Shown here piece by piece: positions 39,315 to 48,679 of a stretch of 64,000 bases of DNA (positions are counted from its first letter, which is position 1; each line of letters starts with the position of its first letter). The notes below the pieces were generated by a model. The model worked only from the letters and a program-made list of their open reading frames with translations, was not told where the DNA came from and made no database searches. Position numbers and translations under genes: made by a program. Origin of the DNA: Deltaproteobacteria bacterium TL4 (GTDB lineage: Bacteria > SAR324 > NAC60-12); contig JBBCAX010000202.1 of NCBI GenBank assembly GCA_051382335.1, positions 1 to 64,000 on the forward strand. The letters are read 5' to 3'.

Positions 39315-39536
39315 ATGGATTTACAATTAACGCTTGGGGTCCCTCCCCAAAAAATACGTTATCATCATATCTTGTACGATCTCCAAAAATTGCTGGTGGC
39401 CCATGCAGAGGATTATTACGCTTGCGATACAGCATGTCTTCAAAACATTTTATGTCAACACTACGGACTAAGTCACGAGGAGCTCCAGCGACAAGGGTTT
39501 ACCCGTGCATACCGTCAACTGGTAGAAGGAGTATAA
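39315..39536 (+). CDS. small hypothetical protein
   Basis: 73 aa, stops 4 nt before the PspC-like gene; its end contains the AAGGAG RBS of that gene. Confidence 0.5.
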   Translation: MDLQLTLGVPPQKIRYHHILYDLQKLLVAHAEDYYACDTACLQNILCQHYGLSHEELQRQGFTRAYRQLVEGV

Positions 39537-39540
39537 CCCC

Positions 39541-39882
39541 GTGTTTACAACGAATCTCTTTACTGCGCTCATTCTTCCCCTCGGAGGAGGTGCCCTGATC
39601 TTTGGCTTGTGGACCGTTATCGGCCTGCTTCAAAGATCGCGAATCTCAACGCCAAAGAAAAAGAAAAAATGGGTTCTAGGTGTTTGTGCCGATTATTCAC
39701 AATATGTGGGCATCCCTTTATGGGTTGTCCGGCTTTATGCCCTCCTTTATAGCCCTTTATTAATCGGAGTTTTCTTTTACTTCTTATATTACTTTGTGAT
39801 GAAGGAACGCAAGACTCCCGCGATGGAAGAGCCCAACAAACGTCCGGTGAAAATCACGAAAATGGATAGTCATTATTATTAA
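39541..39882 (+). CDS. PspC-domain membrane protein
   Basis: KWVLGVCADYSQYVGIPLWVVRL PspC signature; extra N-terminal TM. Confidence 0.75.
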   Translation: MFTTNLFTALILPLGGGALIFGLWTVIGLLQRSRISTPKKKKKWVLGVCADYSQYVGIPLWVVRLYALLYSPLLIGVFFYFLYYFVMKERKTPAMEEPNKRPVKITKMDSHYY

Positions 39883-39894
39883 CAAAAAACTTTA

Positions 39895-40425
39895 CTATAC
39901 TAGTTTAAATCGAACATTAAACGATTGTGCAAGATCTTTTAATGCTTGTTGTGCGTCTTGAGGCAAATTTTCAAAATCTGAGATCGCCCAATCGAAGATG
40001 TATTGAATGTCTGGTAAATTTAAAACTTTAAGCGATTTCGGAGGTATGGCATCAATAGTTTCTTCAATTTGAGACAAAGTCGAAAAGTTTCTGACAAAAA
40101 ACAAAATGATTTTATTTAATACTGCTCTCTGAGTATCAGAAAGATCTGTGAATTGCATACGAATTTCAACTCGACGTTTTTCAGTATCAGGGTCAATATG
40201 AAGTATTTCACCACTTAACTGGAGTTCTATTTTTTCTGGATTCGCAGATGTATGCGGTGTTTTTATAGATAGAGTGCAGCGCTGTCCTATCACAAATTTC
40301 TGTGCGTTTTCGGAAGAAATCGTAAAGGCTGTTCCTCCTCGACTAATATCGGCTAAACGTCCCTGGATCCCGTTACAAACAACAGGAGCAACACCTTTTG
40401 CGCGTCTATGAATTTTTGGGTACAT
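39895..40425 (-). CDS. PilZ-domain protein
   Basis: DISRGG motif, beta barrel, MQFTDLS; AGGAGG RBS. Confidence 0.8.
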   Translation of the reverse strand: MYPKIHRRAKGVAPVVCNGIQGRLADISRGGTAFTISSENAQKFVIGQRCTLSIKTPHTSANPEKIELQLSGEILHIDPDTEKRRVEIRMQFTDLSDTQRAVLNKIILFFVRNFSTLSQIEETIDAIPPKSLKVLNLPDIQYIFDWAISDFENLPQDAQQALKDLAQSFNVRFKLV

Positions 40426-40537
40426 CTTGTTTACCTCCTATTAGAGAAAAGTACGTTTCGATTTCCATAACCTTTTTGTGTTCTTGACTCAATGAGTTTT
40501 TACCAATCCTATAATATTTCGTAGCATAAAAATAACT

Positions 40538-42100
40538 ATGACTCAATTTTTTACTAATACGTTATCAAAGAGAAGTAAAGTATATTTAGTGGGAGCCGGT
40601 CCGGGAGACCCTGGTTTATTAACGATAAAAGCCCAATCTGTTCTGCAACAAGCCGATGTTCTCATTTATGACTATCTGGCAAATTCTTCTTTCTTAAAGT
40701 TTGTTCCTGCCCACGCAGAACTCATTAATGCAGGGAAGCGTCATGGCCAACATACCATTCCTCAAGCTCAAATCAATGAATTGATTGTCCAAAAAGCCCA
40801 AGAAAACAAAATTGTTGTACGGCTGAAAGGAGGTGATCCTTTTATTTTTGGCAGAGGGGGCGAAGAATTAGTTCGTGTTGCTCAATTAGGGATCCCCTTC
40901 GAAGTTGTTCCTGGCGTCTCCTCCGCAATTGCGGTACCCGCTTATGTCGGAATTCCACTAACCCATCGTGACTATAGTGCCAATGTCGTTTTCTTAACAG
41001 GCATGGAACACCCTGAAAAACCCCAAACATTGATTGCTTGGGAGGCTATCGCCAAGATAGGAACCATTGTGGTCCTTATGGGACTTTCTACCATGGACCA
41101 AGTGGTGGATAACCTCATAGCTCACGGACGTGATCCAGAAACACAGGTCGCCGTTGTTCAATGGGGAACCTGGCCTCAACAACGTTCCCTCAAAGGAACG
41201 TTAGCCACTATTGTCTCGAAGGTTAAACAGGAAAATTTTGAACCTCCGGTCCTGACTATTATTGGAGAGGTTTGCCGCTTTTATGATACTTTCAATTGGT
41301 CTGAAAATCGGCCATTACACCAACAACGCATTTTAGTCACACGAGAAGAAGGTCCAGGAACCTCCCTTTCTGAAAAACTTCAAGAACTTGGAGGCGATGT
41401 TTTTCATTTTCCAACGATCTCTATTCAAGAGCCAACCTCTTGGGCGGCTTTTGACGAAGTCGTTCGTCAGGCAAAAACGATGGACTGGGTCATTTTTACC
41501 AGTCTCAACGGGATTGAAAAAAGTTTTCAGCGTTTAGAACAGCTACAAAAGGATGCGCGCGTTTTTCCAGCTCACATTGCTTGTGTGGGAGAAAGCACCG
41601 CACAGTACTTAAAGCAATTTAATCTGATCGCCGATGTTGTTCCTGATCATTATCAAAGTGAAGGCTTGATGGAACGGTTGAAAACGTTTGATTTTGAAAA
41701 TCAACACGTGTGGCTGCCTCAAGCCGAAGTGACTCGGGAGGCCTTGAAGGATAACCTGAAAAAGAGAGGGGCCCTCCTGCATCCAACCCCCGTTTATCGC
41801 AATGAACTTCCTTCAGCAGATCCAACATTGTTAATAAAAAAACTACAAAATCAGGAGCTTGATTGGATCACCTTCACCAGTTCATCAACGGTTAGTCATT
41901 TAATGACACTTTTATCAACCGAAGGAACGGACGTATTAAAAAACTTACCTCCTAAAATTGCCTGTATTGGGGAAGTCACCGCAAATACAGTTCGCGAACA
42001 TGGACTTCCTGTGTCACTGGTTGCGGAACAGCAAAATATTGAAGGCTTGGTTCAATCGCTCGTTCAGGCGTGTCTGAATAAAAATGAAAAAAAATCATAG
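40538..42100 (+). CDS. cobA: uroporphyrinogen-III C-methyltransferase / synthase fusion (CobA-HemD)
   Basis: VYLVGAGPGDPGLLT, RLKGGDPFIFGRGGEE; HemD half ILVTR, FTSSSTV. Confidence 0.96.
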   Translation: MTQFFTNTLSKRSKVYLVGAGPGDPGLLTIKAQSVLQQADVLIYDYLANSSFLKFVPAHAELINAGKRHGQHTIPQAQINELIVQKAQENKIVVRLKGGDPFIFGRGGEELVRVAQLGIPFEVVPGVSSAIAVPAYVGIPLTHRDYSANVVFLTGMEHPEKPQTLIAWEAIAKIGTIVVLMGLSTMDQVVDNLIAHGRDPETQVAVVQWGTWPQQRSLKGTLATIVSKVKQENFEPPVLTIIGEVCRFYDTFNWSENRPLHQQRILVTREEGPGTSLSEKLQELGGDVFHFPTISIQEPTSWAAFDEVVRQAKTMDWVIFTSLNGIEKSFQRLEQLQKDARVFPAHIACVGESTAQYLKQFNLIADVVPDHYQSEGLMERLKTFDFENQHVWLPQAEVTREALKDNLKKRGALLHPTPVYRNELPSADPTLLIKKLQNQELDWITFTSSSTVSHLMTLLSTEGTDVLKNLPPKIACIGEVTANTVREHGLPVSLVAEQQNIEGLVQSLVQACLNKNEKKS

Positions 42101-42180
42101 AGAGATACTGGTGTTTTTCAAGAGTTCGATTATAGTGCACTTAAAATATTCTTAACAAAATTCAAATACATGAGTAAACT

Positions 42181-43377
42181 ATGCCCTCTTTTCATAATTA
42201 TTTTTTAATTTCTATACAAGGAGGGGATCACCCTGAATTGTTGGAAAAACTTAGTCTTTTATTGACACAGTTTCCACTGCGCATTTTAGAACTCAATCAC
42301 TATGAGTTACATCAACATACCTGTTTATTTCTCCTTTTGGATATTTTTGAAAATGAGGTGAAACCTGAACTAGAAGCACAGATTCAGGAACTTGCCCTGC
42401 AATTAAAGGTGGCCGTCCAATTTCATCGTGACGTTGTGATCAGTGACCCCTGTAAGGAAAGTTGTTATATATTAACCGTCTTGGGACAGGAAGTGTCTTC
42501 GCACGCTTTCAGTCAACTGTTTGGATGTTTGTTGGATAAACGCTTAAAAGTTACAGGAATCCGGCCCTTGGACCATCAAAACCTGCACGTGTTTGAAATC
42601 AAAATATGTTCAGCAGTGCCTATCAATCGTCAACATTTTGTTGCGGACTTGCTGGACTTTAAAACTCAACATCACCTGGATCTTGCAATTCAACCTGATA
42701 CCTTGTTTCGAAAAAACAAACGATTGATTGTTTTTGACGCGGATATGACCTTCATTCAATGTGAGATCATTAACGAACTCAGCAAGATTGCCGGGAAAGA
42801 AAAAGAAGTTGAAGCGATAACTCATCAAGCTATGAATGGAGAATTGGATTTTGAGCAAGCCTTAAGGAGGCGCGTTGCGATGCTGAAAGGGGTCAAAGTC
42901 AGTGATTTAACCCCGATCCTCGAAAACCTCCCCTATACTCCGGGTGTTGATCGTCTTGTGAAAGTTCTCAAAGTCTTAGGTTATAAGATTGGGATTGTCA
43001 GTGGCGGCTTTACAATTTTTATTGACCACATCCGAAATCATTTTCGACTCGATTATGGTTATGCGAACACACTGGAAATTGAAGAGGGGCATCTCACAGG
43101 AAAGGTTTTGGGTACCATTGTCGATGCCAAAGGGAAGGCTAGAATACTAAAACAAATCGCGGAAGCAGAAAATATCACTCCTGAACAAATTATTGCGGTT
43201 GGTGATGGTGCTAATGACCTCGATATGTTAGCTTCCTCAGGACTTGGAATCGCTTTTAACGCCAAGCGTTTTCTGCAGGAGCGGTCAACAGGAAGTCTCT
43301 CCCAACCCAACTTGGACGCGTTATTGTATTTCCTGGGTATTTCCAAGCAAGAACTTGATTCACTGAACCATTTATAA
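42181..43377 (+). CDS. serB: phosphoserine phosphatase with ACT domains
   Basis: RLIVFDADMT, VSGGF, AVGDGANDLDML; two N-terminal ACT-like domains. Confidence 0.94.
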   Translation: MPSFHNYFLISIQGGDHPELLEKLSLLLTQFPLRILELNHYELHQHTCLFLLLDIFENEVKPELEAQIQELALQLKVAVQFHRDVVISDPCKESCYILTVLGQEVSSHAFSQLFGCLLDKRLKVTGIRPLDHQNLHVFEIKICSAVPINRQHFVADLLDFKTQHHLDLAIQPDTLFRKNKRLIVFDADMTFIQCEIINELSKIAGKEKEVEAITHQAMNGELDFEQALRRRVAMLKGVKVSDLTPILENLPYTPGVDRLVKVLKVLGYKIGIVSGGFTIFIDHIRNHFRLDYGYANTLEIEEGHLTGKVLGTIVDAKGKARILKQIAEAENITPEQIIAVGDGANDLDMLASSGLGIAFNAKRFLQERSTGSLSQPNLDALLYFLGISKQELDSLNHL

Positions 43378-43391
43378 GGGAGTCTAAACTC

Positions 43392-44717
43392 ATGCCCCAA
43401 GACGCTATCAGCTACTATTCAAGCGACACGCTTCGTGATCTTCAAAATAACGGAGTGGTGATTCCTGCGCCGGAACACGTTTTCATCACCCAGGATGTTC
43501 CGCTAAATCAGATTGCGTCAGGAGTTGTCCTCTACCCCTCTTGTCGAATCAGTGGTAAAAACACGCACCTTCATCAAGAGGCGGTCATAGGGCTGCGCGG
43601 CCCTGTTTGTATAGAAAATAGCACGGTTGGGACACAGGCCGTGATCGGAAATTTAGGACCGGTGACCTTAAATCAAACGATTGTGGGGCCGAAAACAGTT
43701 TTGGGCAGTGGGGTCGCTGAACAAGCCGTTTTTTTAGGCAAAGAAACACAGGTTAACGAATTCACAACGGGATTCGGTTTTAGAACTCGTAAAGGCTCAC
43801 TGTATGAAGAAGATGTCTCTACGGCACAATATACAGATACCAAAATGACGATCCTGTTTCCTTGGGTTACCTTAGGCAGTAATATCAACTTTTGTGACAC
43901 TCTCTTGGCAGGAGGAACAGGGCCTGAGCTGGGAAATTTCAGTGAAGTGGGAAGTGGGACCGTTCATTTTAACTTTACATTGAGGGGGGATAAAGCGACG
44001 GCTTCTTTATTAGGGAATGTCCCCAATGGAGTGTTTCTCAAAGAAGATCGCTTGTTTATTGGCGGCAATAACAGTTTCATCGGACCAATCCTGGGCGATT
44101 TTGGTGCCTATACAGCGGCAGGAATTCGGGTCAGCGGAAAATTAAAACCAGGATTAAATTTGGGGAAGGGATTTCCTACGGGAAATACAGATTATAATCC
44201 TCAAGTTTACAGCAGAGCAAAAAAAATTATCGGTCAACAAATCAACTTTGTGGGACAGTTAACAGCCCTTTACCACTGGTATCAGAAGGTTCGCTGCCCT
44301 TTAGCCACAAACCTGGAACTTCGTGAGCTCTACCAGGCAGGGGGGAAAATCATTGAGTTGAATATTCACGAACGGATTAAACACATTGAACATTATGTTG
44401 AGTCGCTTGAAGGCTCCATCAAGATATTAAGTGAACAACCTTTGCCTCCCAAGCAAACCATCGAGGAACAAAAAACACTGCTATTGCACTGGCCTCATTT
44501 GAAAGAGCATCTGCTCTTATACGAAGATCATATCTGGGAAGTCCCTGTTCTATTGACTCAAGGGTTAGAGGAATCCGCCTCAAAATTCAGTCCTCAATAC
44601 ACAAAAGTCATTCAAAACCTTTCAAACGACAGTATTGAATCCGGCATAGCCTGGCTGTCTTCCATCGTTTATCGCTGCGAGCACTTTTTCCATCATGAAG
44701 TATTTCCCAAGGAGTGA
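43392..44717 (+). CDS. GlmU-acetyltransferase-like left-handed beta-helix protein
   Basis: GVVIPAPEHVFI start, hexapeptide repeats, FIGGN; no N-terminal uridyltransferase domain. Confidence 0.7.
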   Translation: MPQDAISYYSSDTLRDLQNNGVVIPAPEHVFITQDVPLNQIASGVVLYPSCRISGKNTHLHQEAVIGLRGPVCIENSTVGTQAVIGNLGPVTLNQTIVGPKTVLGSGVAEQAVFLGKETQVNEFTTGFGFRTRKGSLYEEDVSTAQYTDTKMTILFPWVTLGSNINFCDTLLAGGTGPELGNFSEVGSGTVHFNFTLRGDKATASLLGNVPNGVFLKEDRLFIGGNNSFIGPILGDFGAYTAAGIRVSGKLKPGLNLGKGFPTGNTDYNPQVYSRAKKIIGQQINFVGQLTALYHWYQKVRCPLATNLELRELYQAGGKIIELNIHERIKHIEHYVESLEGSIKILSEQPLPPKQTIEEQKTLLLHWPHLKEHLLLYEDHIWEVPVLLTQGLEESASKFSPQYTKVIQNLSNDSIESGIAWLSSIVYRCEHFFHHEVFPKE

Positions 44718-44749
44718 AGGTTCTTCCTGGAAAGAAAGCTATTGCTGCG

Positions 44750-45874
44750 TTATTTATTTTTAATATAGAACTCCCACAAGAGCACACAGGTGACGCTCAA
44801 AATCAAAGAGACAAACCCTGCAATAAAAATTATTTTCTTATTTTCTGATTGTTGATAAACAGGAGCGTTCGGCGCTATCGCAAGATCAATAATCTTTAGT
44901 TGAACATTGTCTTTGAGCTTGTCCAATGCTTGACTTGTTTCCATTTGCTGCCAACCGGCGTAATCTTTTTTAAGTTGCGCATAATTTTTAGTCAGATTCG
45001 AATATTGCAGCTCGAATTCATCCAGTTTCTGTGCCTTGGCATAGAGTTCATTCGATAATTCATTAATTTGAATTTTTATTTTCTGAAGCTGAGCATCATA
45101 TTGTTGCAACGTTTTTTGGGAGTCGCCCTTCATCATGATCTCAGTCCGTCTTGTCTCAAGGTCAAATATCTGCTTATTATAGTTTTCAATCCTTTTTTCC
45201 AATAACGGAATTTCCTTCCTATATTTAACACGATCACTCGCTTTCTGAAATTCCAACAATTGGTTTTGTGTTTCTAGCATTTTTGCTTCAGTGGTCTGCA
45301 ATTTTTGATTAACAAACGGACTTATCCCGGTCTTCTCGGATTTTAACGCATCATTTGCTTCTTCTTGAAAGTGTTCGAGATAAAGATTTGCGATCGTTGC
45401 CGTTAATTCTGAGTGAGGAAAACTTACGATAATTGTTGTGAGCTTGGTTCCCGTCTCCCTCGTAAAGCTTATCGCATTTTTTAGAGACTCAGCCGCTTGC
45501 TCAATAGTGGGTTTTTGTTCTAAACCGAAATCTCCAGTACGGGGGTTAAACGTCCCGCTATAGAGGAATGGCATCAATTCAAGAGCTTCAATCGTTTTTA
45601 CGGCAAATTGATGCTTACTGAAGTTTATCACTGGTCCTTCAAAACTCGATTGCGCGACATAACCTTGAGAAATAGCTTGGATCGGAAACCATGTTCTGGT
45701 GATCATCCCCGCCAATAAACAGGTTCCTAAAAGAAAAAATTTATATTTAAAAATTTTAAGAAATAAATCGATAAAGTCTATGGATTCCTCCTCAAGAACG
45801 GCTTGGGACGGCCAATATTCCCCTCTTGTCATGATCGGCTGCGGGGTGTTGGGAAACTCTGGTTGTTCGGACAT
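44750..45874 (-). CDS. polysaccharide co-polymerase / chain-length determinant (Wzz/GumC family)
   Basis: EESIDFIDLF, two terminal TMs flanking a coiled coil, IIDLAIAP. Confidence 0.85.
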   Translation of the reverse strand: MSEQPEFPNTPQPIMTRGEYWPSQAVLEEESIDFIDLFLKIFKYKFFLLGTCLLAGMITRTWFPIQAISQGYVAQSSFEGPVINFSKHQFAVKTIEALELMPFLYSGTFNPRTGDFGLEQKPTIEQAAESLKNAISFTRETGTKLTTIIVSFPHSELTATIANLYLEHFQEEANDALKSEKTGISPFVNQKLQTTEAKMLETQNQLLEFQKASDRVKYRKEIPLLEKRIENYNKQIFDLETRRTEIMMKGDSQKTLQQYDAQLQKIKIQINELSNELYAKAQKLDEFELQYSNLTKNYAQLKKDYAGWQQMETSQALDKLKDNVQLKIIDLAIAPNAPVYQQSENKKIIFIAGFVSLILSVTCVLLWEFYIKNK

Positions 45875-45979
45875 ATCGTTTTTTCCTTTTAGTGGTTCAA
45901 GTGGGGGATGTACAAATCCTGTGAAGACTCATTTTATAACGAATCTATTTGTAGATTGCAAGATGTTCTCCCTCTAAGC

Positions 45980-46008
45980 TTGAAAGTTATTCATTCCTTT
46001 CTTATGCT
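45980..46008 (+). promoter_or_regulatory. sigma70 promoter upstream of the gcvT leader
   Basis: TTGAAA-N17-TATGCT. Confidence 0.65.
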
Positions 46009-46018
46009 AGCCGAAATT

Positions 46019-46142
46019 TGGGGAATGGTCCTATTTTTTAGCCACTTCAGACGTGAGCGGTGGTGTGCCCCATAAAATGAGGGGATGACTTGGACGAAAA
46101 TAGAATCAAATCCGAAAGTATTCGGTACCCTTATATTCCCTG
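46019..46142 (+). ncRNA. candidate structured cis-regulatory RNA in the gcvT 5' leader (unassigned family)
   Basis: five mutually compatible helices found by eye, starting about 10 nt after the -10 box. Confidence 0.5.
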
Positions 46143-46165
46143 CACACAGTTTACTGAGATTCAAT

Positions 46166-47269
46166 ATGTCAACAAAGGATATACAAGTTACCCCTTTTCA
46201 TCAGATACACCTTGATAGTGGCGCACTCATGGTTGACTTTGGCGGCTGGCATATGCCGGTTCGCTATAGTGGCGACAAAAAAGAGCATTTTGCTGTCCGT
46301 CACGGTGTTGGGCTGTTTGATGTCAGTCACATGGGAGAAATCCTGGTTCGAGGCGAAGCCGCACTGCCATTATTGCAATATTTGACATGCAATGATGTCG
46401 CCAAATTATCTCCCGGGAGGATTCATTATAATGTGCTGATGAGTCCTCAAGGAGGGTTCGTTGATGATATTTTAGTTTATCAAAGGAAGGAGCAAGATTA
46501 TTTAGTGGCCGTTAATGCCTCAAACCAGGAAAAAGATTTTGAATGGTTTCAACAGCATAATGTTCGGTTTGGAGCAGAATTAACGAATGCGAGTGCTCAG
46601 TTTGCTCAATTGGCAATCCAGGGCCCTCGTGCGGTTGATGTAATTTCAAAACTCACTCCGGTTGATGTAAAAAACATGAAATACTACCATTTCGCGGAGG
46701 GCCTATTTCATGAGACCGCTGCAATCATCAGTAGAACCGGTTATACCGCATCGGATGGTTTCGAGGTTTATTTTGATCCCGCACAGGCCAATTCTGTGTG
46801 GAAGGCGATTCTGGAGGCTGGGGCTGAATTTGAGCTTACGCCTTGTGGACTGGGTGCGCGAGACAGTCTGCGGATTGAAGGCAAAATGTGTCTCTATGGC
46901 AATGATATTAATGAGGAAACCAATGTCCTTGAAGCAGGGTTAGGAGGGATCGTTCAAATGGATAAAGGTAACTTTATTGGAAAAGAGCGTTTGGCGGAAA
47001 CCAAACAAAAAGGTTTGCGAAGAAAATGGGTTGGCTTTGAAATGCTGGAGTTTGGCATTCCTCGGAAAGGTTATCCCATTCTCAAAGAGAATCAACCCAT
47101 CAGCGAAGTCACGAGTGGCATTCTTTCGCCCACCCTTGATAAACCCATTGGCTTGGCTTATCTGCCGCTTGAACTGAGTCAAACGGGATCTCAATTTGAA
47201 ATACAAATACGGAAGAAAAAGCTTAAAGCTCAGGTTGTCGAAACACCCTTTTATAAAATAAAACGATAA
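46166..47269 (+). CDS. gcvT: glycine cleavage system aminomethyltransferase T
   Basis: TPFH, FGGWHMPVRY, FDVSHMGE, SRTGYT, GLGARDSLR.E, PFY. Confidence 0.97.
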   Translation: MSTKDIQVTPFHQIHLDSGALMVDFGGWHMPVRYSGDKKEHFAVRHGVGLFDVSHMGEILVRGEAALPLLQYLTCNDVAKLSPGRIHYNVLMSPQGGFVDDILVYQRKEQDYLVAVNASNQEKDFEWFQQHNVRFGAELTNASAQFAQLAIQGPRAVDVISKLTPVDVKNMKYYHFAEGLFHETAAIISRTGYTASDGFEVYFDPAQANSVWKAILEAGAEFELTPCGLGARDSLRIEGKMCLYGNDINEETNVLEAGLGGIVQMDKGNFIGKERLAETKQKGLRRKWVGFEMLEFGIPRKGYPILKENQPISEVTSGILSPTLDKPIGLAYLPLELSQTGSQFEIQIRKKKLKAQVVETPFYKIKR

Positions 47270-47331
47270 GTTTATTCGTATAAACTTCATCCCCTTCAAT
47301 CACCTGTTGCAAAAACTGGTGGCCCAGGAGA

Positions 47332-47463
47332 CTGTCCAAGAATAGAAGGTGAGCATAAGTAGGGTGTCGCTTAAGCGAAGCGAGCGCACCAAAAATAAAG
47401 GGACAGCAAGCTTTCTGGTGCGCTCGCTTCGCTTAAGCACACCCTACATCCATTCTCGGACAG
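47332..47463. repeat. GTAG-type REP doublet (REPIN) inside an outer inverted repeat
   Basis: gtagggtgtcgcttaagcgaagcgagcgcacca (47359-47391) with inverted copy at 47416-47447; outer ctgtccaagaat / attctcggacag. Confidence 0.8.
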
Positions 47464-47625
47464 CCACCTAGAGCCTAAAGCCAGAGGGTTTTCTTCAATT
47501 CATTCAAGCGCCCCTGCCATCTATAGATACTATTCTTACTCACGCTGAAAACCCTCGTAGCAGCATTGATTCTCAGGCCTTCCGTAAGCGTCATTCGGTG
47601 GCTGTGCTTTCATTTGTATTTGAGA

Positions 47626-48408
47626 CTAAGGCATTGAAGGTAGTTGTATTTGTGGTTGAGATTGCGATGGTAGCTGAGTTTCATGTGTTTCTGGAGGCAG
47701 TGGTTTTGACTCCATTTCCAGCGTTGATTCGTTAGAATAATTGGTTTTGTTTTTAGCTGCTAATTTTTCTGGAAAACATTCGATTTCATCAAATTCACTA
47801 AATAAGGCGCCACAACGCTCTTTCATTTCCAAAATAAGCATTGAAAGTTTATCTTGATGGATTCGATCACAAAGTTCTCGCCCTTTTTGACCAATAGCGT
47901 TGCTTTCGCACAGCAATACTTCTTGATCGGATTCATTTTTTAATCGAACCATATATGTGAGCATCATTTGATACTGGCCTATGTTTTCATCCGGCTCCGG
48001 CGAAAGATTTCGAAAGGTTGAGGAGGCCAAAGCTGTAATACCTGCACCAAAGGAAATGGTTGCCGCCTGATTATTTCTTAGATCGGGACTTCGGTCATCA
48101 TTCAAGGCCCCGCTCAATACCGCTAACGCCGTTAATATTCCGGAAATATACGTAAGCCATTGGTTGCGATCTTTCGTAGCCTCTCTACGTTTTTTCGCAT
48201 AACCCAAGACTCCGTGAAAATATTGCAAATGTTCTAAAAACTGATCCTCCAGATTGGCTGAGTACATCCCTCTACTAGTTTCAAAATGTAAATCGGGATG
48301 AGCACATCCTGAAAGGCTGAAACTCACAATTAATACACTGATGAGCGCGAAAATAAAATATTTTCTAAGTTGTTGATAATGGTTATTGAGAGAGTAGTAT
48401 CGTGTCAC
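47626..48408 (-). CDS. hypothetical lipoprotein with two internal hydrophobic helices
   Basis: lipobox LSGC; hydrophobic hairpin; four C-terminal Cys; Gln/Pro-rich tail. Confidence 0.7.
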   Translation of the reverse strand: MTRYYSLNNHYQQLRKYFIFALISVLIVSFSLSGCAHPDLHFETSRGMYSANLEDQFLEHLQYFHGVLGYAKKRREATKDRNQWLTYISGILTALAVLSGALNDDRSPDLRNNQAATISFGAGITALASSTFRNLSPEPDENIGQYQMMLTYMVRLKNESDQEVLLCESNAIGQKGRELCDRIHQDKLSMLILEMKERCGALFSEFDEIECFPEKLAAKNKTNYSNESTLEMESKPLPPETHETQLPSQSQPQIQLPSMP

Positions 48409-48679
48409 AGTCTTTCAAATTTGTTAAGGATTAAGCATTTTTGAGAGTTCTCAAAATTTCCTGTAAGGTTGCAAAATACCAGGGTACCGTGAATCAGGGT
48501 TGTCCCTGGTTCCTTTCGGAATCTGGATCCATCTCTTCGCTTACAACTAAGATTACGAAGGTTTCCGGTAACCGCAGGTTCTATACCACGACAAAGCTGA
48601 TTCCCTGGTCTCATCCATTCGTATCAAATCGAATCATCTTTGACAACCTAAGAGGCATTTTTTTATCCTGGATCTGATC

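Noticed and set aside
40484..40515. TTGACT and TATAAT upstream of cobA as a -35/-10 pair
   Set aside because: Spacer is 20 nt, too long; only the -10 box is plausible
46019..46142. Glycine riboswitch, THF riboswitch or hammerhead assignment (ttggacgaaa, gggatg)
   Set aside because: No GGAGAG/CUCUCAGG aptamer motifs, no CUGANGA core and only fragmentary THF-like words; left unassigned
47484..47556. 10-bp inverted repeat gagggttttc/gaaaaccctc
   Set aside because: Widely spaced with no further pairing recognised; cannot assign a function
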